The notes under the pieces: model-generated
Seen by the model: the letters and a program-made list of their open reading frames with translations, nothing else
Told to the model about the DNA's origin: nothing
The model's database searches: none
Assembly (NCBI GenBank): GCA_039679675.1
Contig: JBDKUN010000028.1
Location: 121,954 to 185,953 of the forward strand
DNA length: 64,000 bases
Origin: Armatimonadota bacterium
GTDB lineage: Bacteria > Armatimonadota > UBA5829 > DTLH01
Direction of reading: 5' to 3'
In this document: positions 1-8,805 of the stretch, piece after piece
How positions within the stretch are numbered: position 1 is the first letter of the stretch
Layout of the letters: each line of letters opens with the position of its first letter
Translations under genes and position numbers: made by a program

Positions 1-552
1 GCTGTAATCTTTGAGTTTGAGATAGCACCATGCCAAGTTGCGTCGCGCAGCCAGGTCATTGGGGTTCAGAGCAACAAATTTCTTGAATTGCGCCGCCGCG
101 CCGTTATAGTCCTCTTCTTTTACGGCTATGATCCCCAATGTAAAGATCGCCGCCGAGTTTCGCGGGTCGATCTTTACGGCTTTTCGGGCGTATTCTTCCG
201 CTTTGCTCAATTGGTTTTTCGAGAAGTAAATCCGGGAGATTTCCGATAACACCTGGGTGTTTTTAGGATTGAGCCCGGACAGCTTGATGAGCAGCGGAAG
301 AGCTGCATCCGGGCTGTTTTTTGCCAGGTAGATGCTGGACAGGTTCAGCAAAGCAGGTTGAAGTTTCGGGTCGGCAGCAATCGCCTGTTTATACTCGACA
401 ATTGCAGCATCTATTTTACCGCTTTTATGTAGACCCAGTGCCTTGTTGAAGTGGTCGGCTGCAGGGCTTTTGGGCTGGCAAAGAGCGCCGATGGAAAACA
501 CAAATGTGAACAGCAAAGCCGCAGACGCGCAAAACACGCCTCGTTTGAGCAT
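1..552 (-). CDS. Exported tetratricopeptide-repeat protein (runs off the window edge)
   Basis: Not in the ORF track. Manual translation from ATG at 552 gives MLKRGVFCASAALLFTFVFSIGALCQ (signal-like), then TPR-like units (AIVEYKQAIAADPKLQPALLNL, AEEYARKAVKIDPRNSAAIFTLG, AAAQFKKFVALNPNDLAARRNLA). AAGGAG RBS upstream. Confidence 0.85.
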   Translation of the reverse strand, partial: MLKRGVFCASAALLFTFVFSIGALCQPKSPAADHFNKALGLHKSGKIDAAIVEYKQAIAADPKLQPALLNLSSIYLAKNSPDAALPLLIKLSGLNPKNTQVLSEISRIYFSKNQLSKAEEYARKAVKIDPRNSAAIFTLGIIAVKEEDYNGAAAQFKKFVALNPNDLAARRNLAWCYLKLKDYS

Positions 553-587
553 TATTATCTCTCCTTGAACCAAATTTTACTGACGAA

Positions 588-616
588 ATTTTAGGCCCAG
601 CCGTAGTAAAAGTCAA
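588..616 (-). promoter_or_regulatory. sigma70-type promoter of the TPR gene
   Basis: TTGACT (616-611), 17 nt, TAAAAT (593-588) on the minus strand. Confidence 0.6.
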
Positions 617-644
617 CCAAACGGCTGGGTTAAAGGGAACGGGG

Positions 645-1682
645 TTAAGAGATGGCGGAATCCTGCATTCTGTCCTGAAGCGGATCGGGAATAGGCATTA
701 AAATCGGCGGATCAGCCTCGCGCAGACGGCGGATGATCGAAAGGATCAACTTGTCAGTGGAGGCATCCTGTGACTCGTCAAAAGGTATCATTACTTCTTT
801 TTTTCCATTTTTGATATACAGAGCATAACCCCACAAGCTGGTGTTCCAGTTGACGAATCCCATATCCGACCAATCGAACACTACAGTCTTATTGGCTATT
901 TCAACAGATAAAGCGTCCTCTCTTACACTAACCTGCCTCGCAGTTTTTCTCATTGGCCAGATATATAGCATATATATCCACATTCCAGGACCGATTAGAA
1001 ATAACCATTGGTACCACAAACCACGAATGCCTAAAATTATAATAAATACGCATAATATAACAAATGTTATGGACCAAGGCAGGAGTATTGGCAGGTCCTT
1101 CATCGTGATTCTTGGGAGTCTCGGATTTACCCAGTCCACTTCATGCGGGGTATCAGCCGGAATTTCCATCCAGAGTGATTTCATCTGGGGTGTAGGCTTA
1201 AAGCTGGCCGGACTGTTTATCTCAGCAAGGTGTTGCCAGATGGATGCGCCAAAGGTAACGAGAACTTGATCGGGCACTGCGGACAGTTTAAGCTCACCTA
1301 TATCCGTCAGAAGTACAAACGATTGTGTGCTTATCACTTCCCTGATCTGCGTCCATTCAATAAGTCTACACCTAAAGAGCCCTTTTATCAGGATCCCGCG
1401 CGGACTAGTTTCCCAATAGAAATCCGCTCGTATGGTATTGAAGAACCAGACAATTATTCCAATGCTGATGATAAGCATCAGTCCGGCGACAGTAATCGAG
1501 AATTTGGGATGTTTCGTTCCTGTAGATATCGCAACGACTAAAATCATAAGCGGAAAAAACAGAAGACATATAAGAAGCGCGACTGAAATAAGGGCATGTC
1601 TGCGTGCAGCCGCACGAAAGCTCTTTGCCGTCCGTACAGACTCAAGCGCCGGAAGATAGGGTGCGTTTTCCGTTTTCTCCAA
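645..1682 (-). CDS. Hypothetical membrane protein, two TM-pair plus PH-like modules
   Basis: 345-aa ORF directly downstream of pyrF. Two TM pairs, each followed by a beta-rich segment with W..I/W..M pattern. AT-richer than neighbours. Confidence 0.6.
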   Translation of the reverse strand: MEKTENAPYLPALESVRTAKSFRAAARRHALISVALLICLLFFPLMILVVAISTGTKHPKFSITVAGLMLIISIGIIVWFFNTIRADFYWETSPRGILIKGLFRCRLIEWTQIREVISTQSFVLLTDIGELKLSAVPDQVLVTFGASIWQHLAEINSPASFKPTPQMKSLWMEIPADTPHEVDWVNPRLPRITMKDLPILLPWSITFVILCVFIIILGIRGLWYQWLFLIGPGMWIYMLYIWPMRKTARQVSVREDALSVEIANKTVVFDWSDMGFVNWNTSLWGYALYIKNGKKEVMIPFDESQDASTDKLILSIIRRLREADPPILMPIPDPLQDRMQDSAIS

Positions 1683-1685
1683 TGT

Positions 1686-2411
1686 CTACACCTCTGCCGC
1701 ACTCATCTCCGCAGCTATCTTTCTTGCTGCTTCGGCGGGATTTTCGGCGCGGGTAATCGGGCGGCCGATCACGAGATAGCTCGATCCGGTGCGGATGGCA
1801 TCCGCGGGGGTCATTACGCGCTTCTGGTCGCCCACATCGGCTCCGGCAGGACGGACTCCGGGGGTTACAATGAGAAAGTCCGGGCCGGTGACATCTCTTA
1901 TATACTTCACTTCGTTCGGGGACGCCACTACGCCGTCCAAGCCTGCCGACTGAGCAAGCTGGGCAAGGTGCATGACCTGGTTCACAAGGCCCGATGCGAC
2001 TCTCAGCTCGTCGGTGAGGGTCATATTATCGATGCTGGTAAGGATCGTCACCCCGATCAGCTTGGGAGGGTCGATGCCGAGCTTCGCAGCTTCTTCTTTT
2101 GCGGCTTCGGCGGCGGCACGCATCATTGCGCAACCCCCGCTTGCATGCACGTTCAGCATCCAGACGTTGTTTCGGACGGCAGCGCGGACAGCGGAGGCCA
2201 CAGTGTTCGGAATATCGTGGAATTTGGCATCGTAGAATATTTTTTCGGCCCCGGCAGCTTTCAGCTCATCGAAAATAGCCGGTCCGGTGACATTAAAGAG
2301 CTCCAACCCTACTTTGAACGCTCCGACTTCACCCTTAAGGCTCTTTACAAGCTCAACAGCCTTTTCCGCACTGTCCACATCCAGCGCCACGATGATTCTA
2401 TCCTTACTCAA
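1686..2411 (-). CDS. pyrF: Orotidine-5'-phosphate decarboxylase
   Basis: IIVALD, FKVG, DAKFHDIPNT, VTPGVRP, LVIGRPIT motifs. Confidence 0.97.
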   Translation of the reverse strand: MSKDRIIVALDVDSAEKAVELVKSLKGEVGAFKVGLELFNVTGPAIFDELKAAGAEKIFYDAKFHDIPNTVASAVRAAVRNNVWMLNVHASGGCAMMRAAAEAAKEEAAKLGIDPPKLIGVTILTSIDNMTLTDELRVASGLVNQVMHLAQLAQSAGLDGVVASPNEVKYIRDVTGPDFLIVTPGVRPAGADVGDQKRVMTPADAIRTGSSYLVIGRPITRAENPAEAARKIAAEMSAAEV

Positions 2412-2422
2412 ACTTTTTCTCC

Positions 2423-3220
2423 TTATTTGATATCAACCACAGAACCGGGAAACTTCAGCCTCTCTTTATTCGCTTCCCACCACGCAAGTGCCTCTTCGGT
2501 AGACCAGTTCAATTGATCCTCTCGAGCCTTCAATTCGGCGGGACTTAGTTTTGTAGCTATGACGGCATCCGCGTCAGTAAACCTTTTCATGATCGCAACC
2601 ATTGGCAAGAACCGTTTGTCTCCACCCTTTATCTTCTGAATGATCAATGGCAGCGCCTCAACCCCCTGAGACCTGATCCGGTCGAGTATATCCTTTTCTT
2701 TAGCTTTATCGCTCTCACTTTCAGGGTTCTTGGGGAGGCTTTCCAGCTCAGCATAAAGAGTATTGAACGTCTCAGGAAGCTTCTTGCGGCCTTCTTTCCA
2801 CCACTTTACATACATCTCCATTTTAGCTTGATGATCACCAAACTTGCCCTCTGGCCATTCATCTTCACGGAATTTCTTGCAAGTAATAAACCATACTATT
2901 TCAAGATTGGCACCGCTAAACCGGTCGTTCCACTCGGGGTTGCTCAATTCCTTCTCGAACTTTTCGATCATGAAAGGAACGACGCTGGGACCCATTGCTA
3001 CTAACGCCTTTTCTTCAGGCAGGATTGCAGTGTAAGAGAGAAATGGGTTTTCACTGATCCATTTTCCTTGTGCTAAAACCCAGGCTTCATACTTACTGTC
3101 GAACTCTGCCCGTAGGTCCTTTGTGCCGGAAGGGGTTTCAGACGCGCAGCAATTCACTGCACCAAACGACAAGCAAACTACAAACAATACTGCTGTGATT
3201 ACAACCGTTTTTGTATGCAT
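2423..3220 (-). CDS. Hypothetical exported protein inserted between pyrD and pyrF
   Basis: CAGGAGG RBS before ATG at 3220, hydrophobic signal-like N-terminus, helical repeats with WW motifs. Confidence 0.65.
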   Translation of the reverse strand: MHTKTVVITAVLFVVCLSFGAVNCCASETPSGTKDLRAEFDSKYEAWVLAQGKWISENPFLSYTAILPEEKALVAMGPSVVPFMIEKFEKELSNPEWNDRFSGANLEIVWFITCKKFREDEWPEGKFGDHQAKMEMYVKWWKEGRKKLPETFNTLYAELESLPKNPESESDKAKEKDILDRIRSQGVEALPLIIQKIKGGDKRFLPMVAIMKRFTDADAVIATKLSPAELKAREDQLNWSTEEALAWWEANKERLKFPGSVVDIK

Positions 3221-3328
3221 TTCGGCCTCCTGATCAGGGTGTACTTGCACATAAGGATTAGACTCCTTATCAATCTCTTCGTAAGGGTTCAGAGTTGATA
3301 AGTGCAACTTCATTCCGGGCTGACACAA

Positions 3329-3393
3329 CGTCATTCCGAGCTTGACTCGGAATCCAGGAAGAAAATGGACCCTGAATCAAGTTCAGGGTGACG
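3329..3393. repeat. Inverted pair of CGTC-type REP-like palindromes
   Basis: CGTCA-TTCCGAG-CTTGA-CTCGGAA-TCCA (3329-3356, +) and CGTCA-CCCTGAA-CTTGA-TTCAGGG-TCCA (3393-3366, -). Confidence 0.8.
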
Positions 3394-3512
3394 TCGGTTT
3401 GTTCAATGTGACGTCTTTCGTCAGTATAACGTGCTGGTTGCTCAGAATGATATATAATTCTTATCAAGAGTGAGCTGTTACATCTCTTCGGGTGGGGACC
3501 AGCCCCCATCTT

Positions 3513-4421
3513 CTAGCTCCCAACCCCTCCTGTAAGCTCCCGCACGTCGTCGACGCTCATCTTTTCCATATAATCAGCAATTCCTTCCGCGACGGCGACG
3601 GTTGCGGCCGGGTTGACGAACGTTCCGGTCCCTACCGCTACGGCATCTGCTCCGGCGAGGAGGAACTCCACAGCATCGAGCCCATTTACGATCCCGCCCA
3701 TGCCGATAATCGGGACATCCACCGCCTGCGCGACCTGCCAGACCATCCTGAGCGCGACAGGCTTCACTGCCGGGCCGGAAAGCCCTCCGGTGATGTTCGC
3801 GAGCTTGAATTTGCGTTTCCACGGGTCGATAGCCGTCCCAAGGAGCGTGTTTATGAGCGAAAGCGCGTCCGTCCCGGCGTCGACTGCTGCTTGAGCCATC
3901 TCTACGACATCAGTCACGTTCGGAGAAAGCTTCGTGATTACCGTAAGAGAAGTCGCCGCTCTCACTGCGCTGACTACCTCGGCAGTACCTTTGGCAGTCG
4001 TCCCGAAGGCCATGCAGCCTTCCTTAACGTTCGGGCAGGAGATGTTTATCTCTATCCCTGAGACTCCTTCAGCCACATCCAGCCTCTTTGCGACCTCGGC
4101 GTAGTCCTCCACATTCTGCCCGACCACATTCACGATGACCGGAGTGTCGAAATTCCTCAAAAACGGGAGCTTTTTCTCGATAAAATCGTCCACGCCGTCG
4201 TTCTGCAGGCCGATTGCGTTCAGCATCCCGGCAGGAGTCTCGGCTGTGCGCGGGTAAGGGTTGCCCTTCCAGGGTTTCAGCGCTGTTCCTTTGACGACTA
4301 TCGCCCCCAGTTTGTTCAAATCCACCAGGTCGGACAGTTCCTGACCGGAACCGAACGTGCCGGAAGCCGTCATTACGGGGTTTTTCATCCTGATCTTGCC
4401 GATCTCAACCGAAAGGTTCAT
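3513..4421 (-). CDS. pyrD: Dihydroorotate dehydrogenase B (NAD+), catalytic subunit
   Basis: [43 protein letters not shown] motifs; ATGA overlap with pyrK stop. Confidence 0.97.
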   Translation of the reverse strand: MNLSVEIGKIRMKNPVMTASGTFGSGQELSDLVDLNKLGAIVVKGTALKPWKGNPYPRTAETPAGMLNAIGLQNDGVDDFIEKKLPFLRNFDTPVIVNVVGQNVEDYAEVAKRLDVAEGVSGIEINISCPNVKEGCMAFGTTAKGTAEVVSAVRAATSLTVITKLSPNVTDVVEMAQAAVDAGTDALSLINTLLGTAIDPWKRKFKLANITGGLSGPAVKPVALRMVWQVAQAVDVPIIGMGGIVNGLDAVEFLLAGADAVAVGTGTFVNPAATVAVAEGIADYMEKMSVDDVRELTGGVGS

Positions 4422-5257
4422 TCCCACACAAGCTCCTTTGCATCAAAAACCGGTCCATCCGTGCAGACCCGGCTGTAGCGCCAGTCTTCGCACGACTCAT
4501 CGTGGTGGTCGCATGCCTTCGTGACGCAGCCCATGCAGACACCCAGCCCGCAGGCCATCGTGCTTTCGAGCGACACCTGGCAGCTATCAACTCCATGCAC
4601 CCGGCAGACCCTCGCGACCTCGCGCATCATCGGCATCGGCCCGCATGAGTAGACCCTGGTGTTCACTCCGAGGTTCAAAGTCGATTTAAGGCAGTTGTCG
4701 AGGAGTTCCGTCACGAGGCCGTTGAACCCGAACGAGCCGTCATCCGTTGCGACTTCTACATTGACTCCGTGCGCGACGAACTCAGACTGGCAGAGAATCG
4801 CTGTGCCAGTCTTTGCACCGACGAGGACTGTCACGTTGCCGCAGCCGTGCTTATGACAGAGAGCATCCGACAGAAAATGGATTGGAGCAGCGCCGCACCC
4901 GCCCGCAACGAGCATGTGGTGGGCATTCGGGTCATCTCCGAGGTCGAAAGAGCTTCCGAGCGGACCGACGACACTCACCTTGTCGCCGACGTGCATATCT
5001 CTTAAAATTTTTGTCCCCCGCCCGATCACGTCGTAGAGGAGTGAAAATGTGCCCTTTTCAGGATTGACCGCGTGGACGGAAAATGGACGTCTTAGGAGCG
5101 GGTCATAGCAATCGCACACCCGGACGTTCACGAACTGGCCGGGTTTCGCGGTTTTCGCTATGGTAGGTTCGACCAGCACGCTTCTGAAGATATGCGGAGC
5201 GACTTCAATTTGTTCTATTATCTCGCAATCGGCGATTATTCGTTTTGTTTGTATCAT
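4418..5257 (-). CDS. pyrK: Dihydroorotate dehydrogenase electron transfer subunit
   Basis: [29 protein letters not shown] and VCTDGPVF [2Fe-2S] motifs; adjacent to pyrD. Confidence 0.95.
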   Translation of the reverse strand: MIQTKRIIADCEIIEQIEVAPHIFRSVLVEPTIAKTAKPGQFVNVRVCDCYDPLLRRPFSVHAVNPEKGTFSLLYDVIGRGTKILRDMHVGDKVSVVGPLGSSFDLGDDPNAHHMLVAGGCGAAPIHFLSDALCHKHGCGNVTVLVGAKTGTAILCQSEFVAHGVNVEVATDDGSFGFNGLVTELLDNCLKSTLNLGVNTRVYSCGPMPMMREVARVCRVHGVDSCQVSLESTMACGLGVCMGCVTKACDHHDESCEDWRYSRVCTDGPVFDAKELVWE

Positions 5258-5268
5258 AATGCTGTAAT

Positions 5269-5973
5269 CTATTCTGCTTTAGGCGCGCTCGTTTTCGCCT
5301 GATGTTCATGGAGTTTTAAATCAAAAGTAAGCCTTATTTGTTGCTGAAAACCTCTTACTGTATAATAAAGAATGCACAATGCGTCTTGAGAGGGAGGGGT
5401 TTCATTATGTTCCTGCATATATTTTTCAAAAGCGTCCATACCCAATTTGTATTTATATTCCTCGCTGATGTTTGACGGCATTAGCCGTAAATCAATATTG
5501 TTTTCTTCGTAATCGTGAATTGATGTTTCGCACATAGAGCTGTATTTAAGATTCTTCCCTTTATCGGTTGTCTCCAGCTCCCAAAGAAAAGCACGCAGAC
5601 CAAGTACAGGTACTCCTGGAGACATATTGCGTAATTGAATGCCTATTGCATTATCACTTGTTTCACTTATGTATTCATAGCCGCCACGAAAACGTATCTC
5701 AGGAGCATATTGTAGTAATCTTGAGAACATCATTTCCTCAAGTGTTTTAGCCATTATCTCAGTAGATTTTGAAGAGGATGATGCACTTCTGAAGCCTGCA
5801 ACAGCTATATATGCACTAATAACAGCATATATGCCCGTAATTGGTAAAAGCAGCCAAGTGGCTTTGTTGGTACCGTTACTCATTGCGATACTGCCCAACC
5901 AAATGAATAATCCCATGGAAGCTGGAACAAACACTACATGCTCCCAATACCTCCGCAACCAGCCTTGTTTCAT
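5269..5973 (-). CDS. Hypothetical protein with two N-terminal TM helices
   Basis: 234-aa AT-rich ORF with GAGG RBS, ending 11 bp before pyrK. Confidence 0.6.
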   Translation of the reverse strand: MKQGWLRRYWEHVVFVPASMGLFIWLGSIAMSNGTNKATWLLLPITGIYAVISAYIAVAGFRSASSSSKSTEIMAKTLEEMMFSRLLQYAPEIRFRGGYEYISETSDNAIGIQLRNMSPGVPVLGLRAFLWELETTDKGKNLKYSSMCETSIHDYEENNIDLRLMPSNISEEYKYKLGMDAFEKYMQEHNETPPSQDALCILYYTVRGFQQQIRLTFDLKLHEHQAKTSAPKAE

Positions 5974-6106
5974 AGTCTGTTCCTCTCATTTAACAAGTTC
6001 TTTTATGCTAAATCGCTACGGCTACAGTTTACCTGCCAACGCACACCTGGTCAACAGCCGCCGTGGTTCAGGGCAAACGCGTCTTATTTCGAAGCAGTAC
6101 CAAAGG

Positions 6107-6352
6107 TTCTGAATCGCGAAATGCGCGAAGAAGCGCAAAAGATTCGAAACTCGACACCTACGGCGTCGGCTTCGGTGGCAAGCAAACCGAAGCAAGGTAA
6201 AAGGGATTGATGAAGACTTGGGGGTCTTATTGTAGATGCTTTAGGTCTCCACCATTCGTGAAATCCGTTAAATCCGCGTAATTCGCGTTTCAAAATGACG
6301 GATAGTGAATGCCGATAGAAAAGCGGAAGCTGACGCTTCTGCACTCCAAAGA
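6107..6352 (+). repeat. ~250-bp structured intergenic repeat, copy A
   Basis: Aligns by eye along its length with 63589-63836; imperfect terminal inverted motifs and internal hairpins. Confidence 0.9.
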
Positions 6353-6435
6353 GATTAGTGGAGACTTGCACCATTCACACTAACCTCTATTCGCAAACTT
6401 TCCTCTTCTATATATAGATGCGTTTGCCCTCGCCG

Positions 6436-6463
6436 TTGACACTGACCGCGCGGGCGGTATAAT
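6436..6463 (+). promoter_or_regulatory. Consensus sigma70 promoter
   Basis: TTGACA-16 nt-TATAAT upstream of the LysM/G5 gene. Confidence 0.75.
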
Positions 6464-6506
6464 GGAATAGGCTCGTGAATAAAGCGGGTCAAAAGGAGTA
6501 TATGGT

Positions 6507-7496
6507 ATGGATCAGGACAAACTGATTCGGAGTCTTAAACTTCAACTCCGTATAGAACGAACTGCCATCGCACTGGCTGCGGTTATATTTATAGTTTGGT
6601 GGGCTATCGGCAACTTCGCGGGCCGGGCCTATGTTATCACCGCCGACGAGAAACCGTTAGCCTGTGTCGCGACGCGCACATCCGCGGAGCATGTAATCAC
6701 GGAAGTAAAGGGAGCGGTAGCCGGAGCAAAACCTGCCGATATATCTTTCAAGGAATCGGTAGAGGTAAAAAGAGCTCCAGCCGATGCCGATGCCATGTCC
6801 GAGGCTGAAGCAGTGAAGTCCATTCTCGGAAAAGTGACGCTTCGAGTGAACAAGTACGCAATCCTCATCGGCGGAAAACCTGCGGTTGCGGTCGATACTG
6901 AGGAAGATGCAGGCGCTGTGCTGGAGGCCGCAAAAGCGCGGTTCGGTAGCATGGTCAAGAACCTGATGGAGGAGCCGCAGTTCAAAGAGCAGGTCGATGT
7001 CCGGCGGATGCCGGTAGACCTTGGGTTTTACCAGCCAAACATCGATGAAGCGGTAAACGACCTATTTACAGCGGGCGGATCGGGAACTTATGTTGTCGCA
7101 TCGGGAGATGTAGCAAGCAAGATAGCGATGCGGCAGGGGATGTCCATGTCGGAACTCGAAAGCCTGAACCCCGGCAAGAACATGGCAAAGCTGCAGATCG
7201 GCGAGGAGCTGCATGTGTCGAAATCCGGGGGCTCCGACAGGCCTAAACTCACGGTAATAGTGCGAAACAGCGAAACGAAGACCGAACCGATCCCTTATAC
7301 CACCGAGTCCGTATCCAGTGTCAAGCTGCCTGCGGGAAAACAGACTGAGCTTTCCCCAGGCCGGAATGGTTTGAGACAGGCGGTACGTGCCACATCCTAT
7401 GAAAACGGCGTCCGCGCCGGTTCCGAAGTTGTCGAGGAGACGATTATCCGAAATCCGGTCCCGCGACGGGTAGCGGTGGGTATCCGAACGCGTTAA
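6507..7496 (+). CDS. Membrane-anchored LysM and G5 domain protein
   Basis: N-terminal TM; YVVASGDVASKIA...LESLNPG...LQIGEEL (LysM); C-terminal TEPIPYTT...GRNG...YENG...PVPRRVAVG (G5). Confidence 0.85.
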   Translation: MDQDKLIRSLKLQLRIERTAIALAAVIFIVWWAIGNFAGRAYVITADEKPLACVATRTSAEHVITEVKGAVAGAKPADISFKESVEVKRAPADADAMSEAEAVKSILGKVTLRVNKYAILIGGKPAVAVDTEEDAGAVLEAAKARFGSMVKNLMEEPQFKEQVDVRRMPVDLGFYQPNIDEAVNDLFTAGGSGTYVVASGDVASKIAMRQGMSMSELESLNPGKNMAKLQIGEELHVSKSGGSDRPKLTVIVRNSETKTEPIPYTTESVSSVKLPAGKQTELSPGRNGLRQAVRATSYENGVRAGSEVVEETIIRNPVPRRVAVGIRTR

Positions 7497-7543
7497 TCCG
7501 CTTTTGCCGAACTATCAAACTAAAAAAGCGAGCTGAAGATAAT

Positions 7544-8596
7544 ATGACTAACGGTGTAGCTACTCTTGGAGATGTAGCTGAACGGGCAGGAGTATCAAAA
7601 TCCACTGTTTCCCGCGTTCTGGCGGCAAAAAGGGGACAAAGGATACCGTTTTCCATAACAACCCAGGAGAAAGTCCGGGATGCGGCAAACGCACTTGGCT
7701 ACAGGCCGAGTAAACTTGCGAGAGGTCTCACAAAGAGCAGGACAGGCATCATAGGCCTGGTCGTGCCGTCCATCAAAAACAGTTTTTTCCCAAACCTTAT
7801 TGATGCCATCGAGTCGCGTCTGACCGAAGAAGGTTTCAATGTCATTCTCGCGGATACGAATGCCGATCCATTGGTAGAACGGGCGAAAATCGAGGACCTG
7901 CTCTCCTGGCGGGTGGATGGACTTATCATAGCTCCGTGCCAGAAAAACCCGGATGTGGGAATTTTTCAGGACTTAAAGCAGAAAAAGGTCCCTTTTGTCC
8001 TGGTCGACAGGAATTTCCCGCAAACTCCTTTCTATAGTGTTGTATCGGATGATTACTCCGGCGCGGTTATGATGACGGAGCACCTGCTGTCACTTGGCTA
8101 CAGGCGAATAGCTGTGGTAAGCGACTCATTTACTATATCCACACACAGGCTGAGATATGCCGGTTACACGGACACTCTCATCCGCTATGGAATTACACCG
8201 GACCCGGCTCTGAGTATCCAGGCGGATGCGACCAGCGAAGGCGGCAGCGAAGCCATGCGCAGCATTATGGAGTTGCCCGGTCTTCCTGATGCGGTGTTCT
8301 TCTTCGGGGACCCCATGGTGATCGGCGCTATGAACGAATGTTTTTCACACGGCATAAAAGTGCCGGAAGATATTGCAATGGCCGGATATGCCGATCTGAA
8401 CTATGCAAGCGTTTTGAGGGCCCCTCTTACGACTGTGCGCCAGCCAAGAGGGCTGCTCGGTAAATTCGCAGTCGAAATACTGATCGCGCAGCTCAACGGC
8501 CACAACCCCGGCCAGTTCCAACTGAAACTGCCTGTAGAGTTGGTCATCAGAGAGTCGTGCGGCGCTAATTCTGAAATTCCCCGTCGTATGTTATAA
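7544..8596 (+). CDS. LacI-family transcriptional regulator
   Basis: TLGDVAERAGVSKSTVSRVL HTH, LGYRPSKLARGL hinge, PLTTVRQP, LVIRES. Confidence 0.95.
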   Translation: MTNGVATLGDVAERAGVSKSTVSRVLAAKRGQRIPFSITTQEKVRDAANALGYRPSKLARGLTKSRTGIIGLVVPSIKNSFFPNLIDAIESRLTEEGFNVILADTNADPLVERAKIEDLLSWRVDGLIIAPCQKNPDVGIFQDLKQKKVPFVLVDRNFPQTPFYSVVSDDYSGAVMMTEHLLSLGYRRIAVVSDSFTISTHRLRYAGYTDTLIRYGITPDPALSIQADATSEGGSEAMRSIMELPGLPDAVFFFGDPMVIGAMNECFSHGIKVPEDIAMAGYADLNYASVLRAPLTTVRQPRGLLGKFAVEILIAQLNGHNPGQFQLKLPVELVIRESCGANSEIPRRML

Positions 8597-8776
8597 TATG
8601 TACAGAGTTTCAGGAGATAAAGTAACAGCCTTAAAGCTAGGTAAACAGTTCTCTGATGTAGCTTTATCTGTTGATTTTACACTTATACCTGAAACTCTTC
8701 CGGAAGATTTTCGGCAACAGACAATATATGATTGGCCGTTAATTAATCAGCCGGAAATCTAAGGGATAATTATCCC
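8589..8776 (+). promoter_or_regulatory. Extended -10 promoter followed by a highly structured leader or sRNA upstream of trxB
   Basis: TGtTATAAT (8589-8597); stems 8604-8614/8688-8698 and 8705-8715/8750-8760; palindrome GGGATAATTATCCC (8763-8776). Confidence 0.55.
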
Positions 8777-8805
8777 GTAATTGACACTCGACTTGGAGGA
8801 GAAAG

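Noticed and set aside
3458..3495. CTTATCAAGAG resembling the 5' end of a SAM-I riboswitch
   Set aside because: The downstream GAGGGA/GGCCC/GCAACC core is missing and there is no + strand gene downstream.
6084..6374. ORFs 5938-6210 and 6084-6374 overlapping the 250-bp repeat
   Set aside because: No RBS or protein motif; copy B differs by indels, so coding is unlikely.
8767..8790. Selenocysteine read-through of TGA 8782 to explain the trxB start
   Set aside because: An in-frame TAA at 8767 lies just upstream with no start codon in between.
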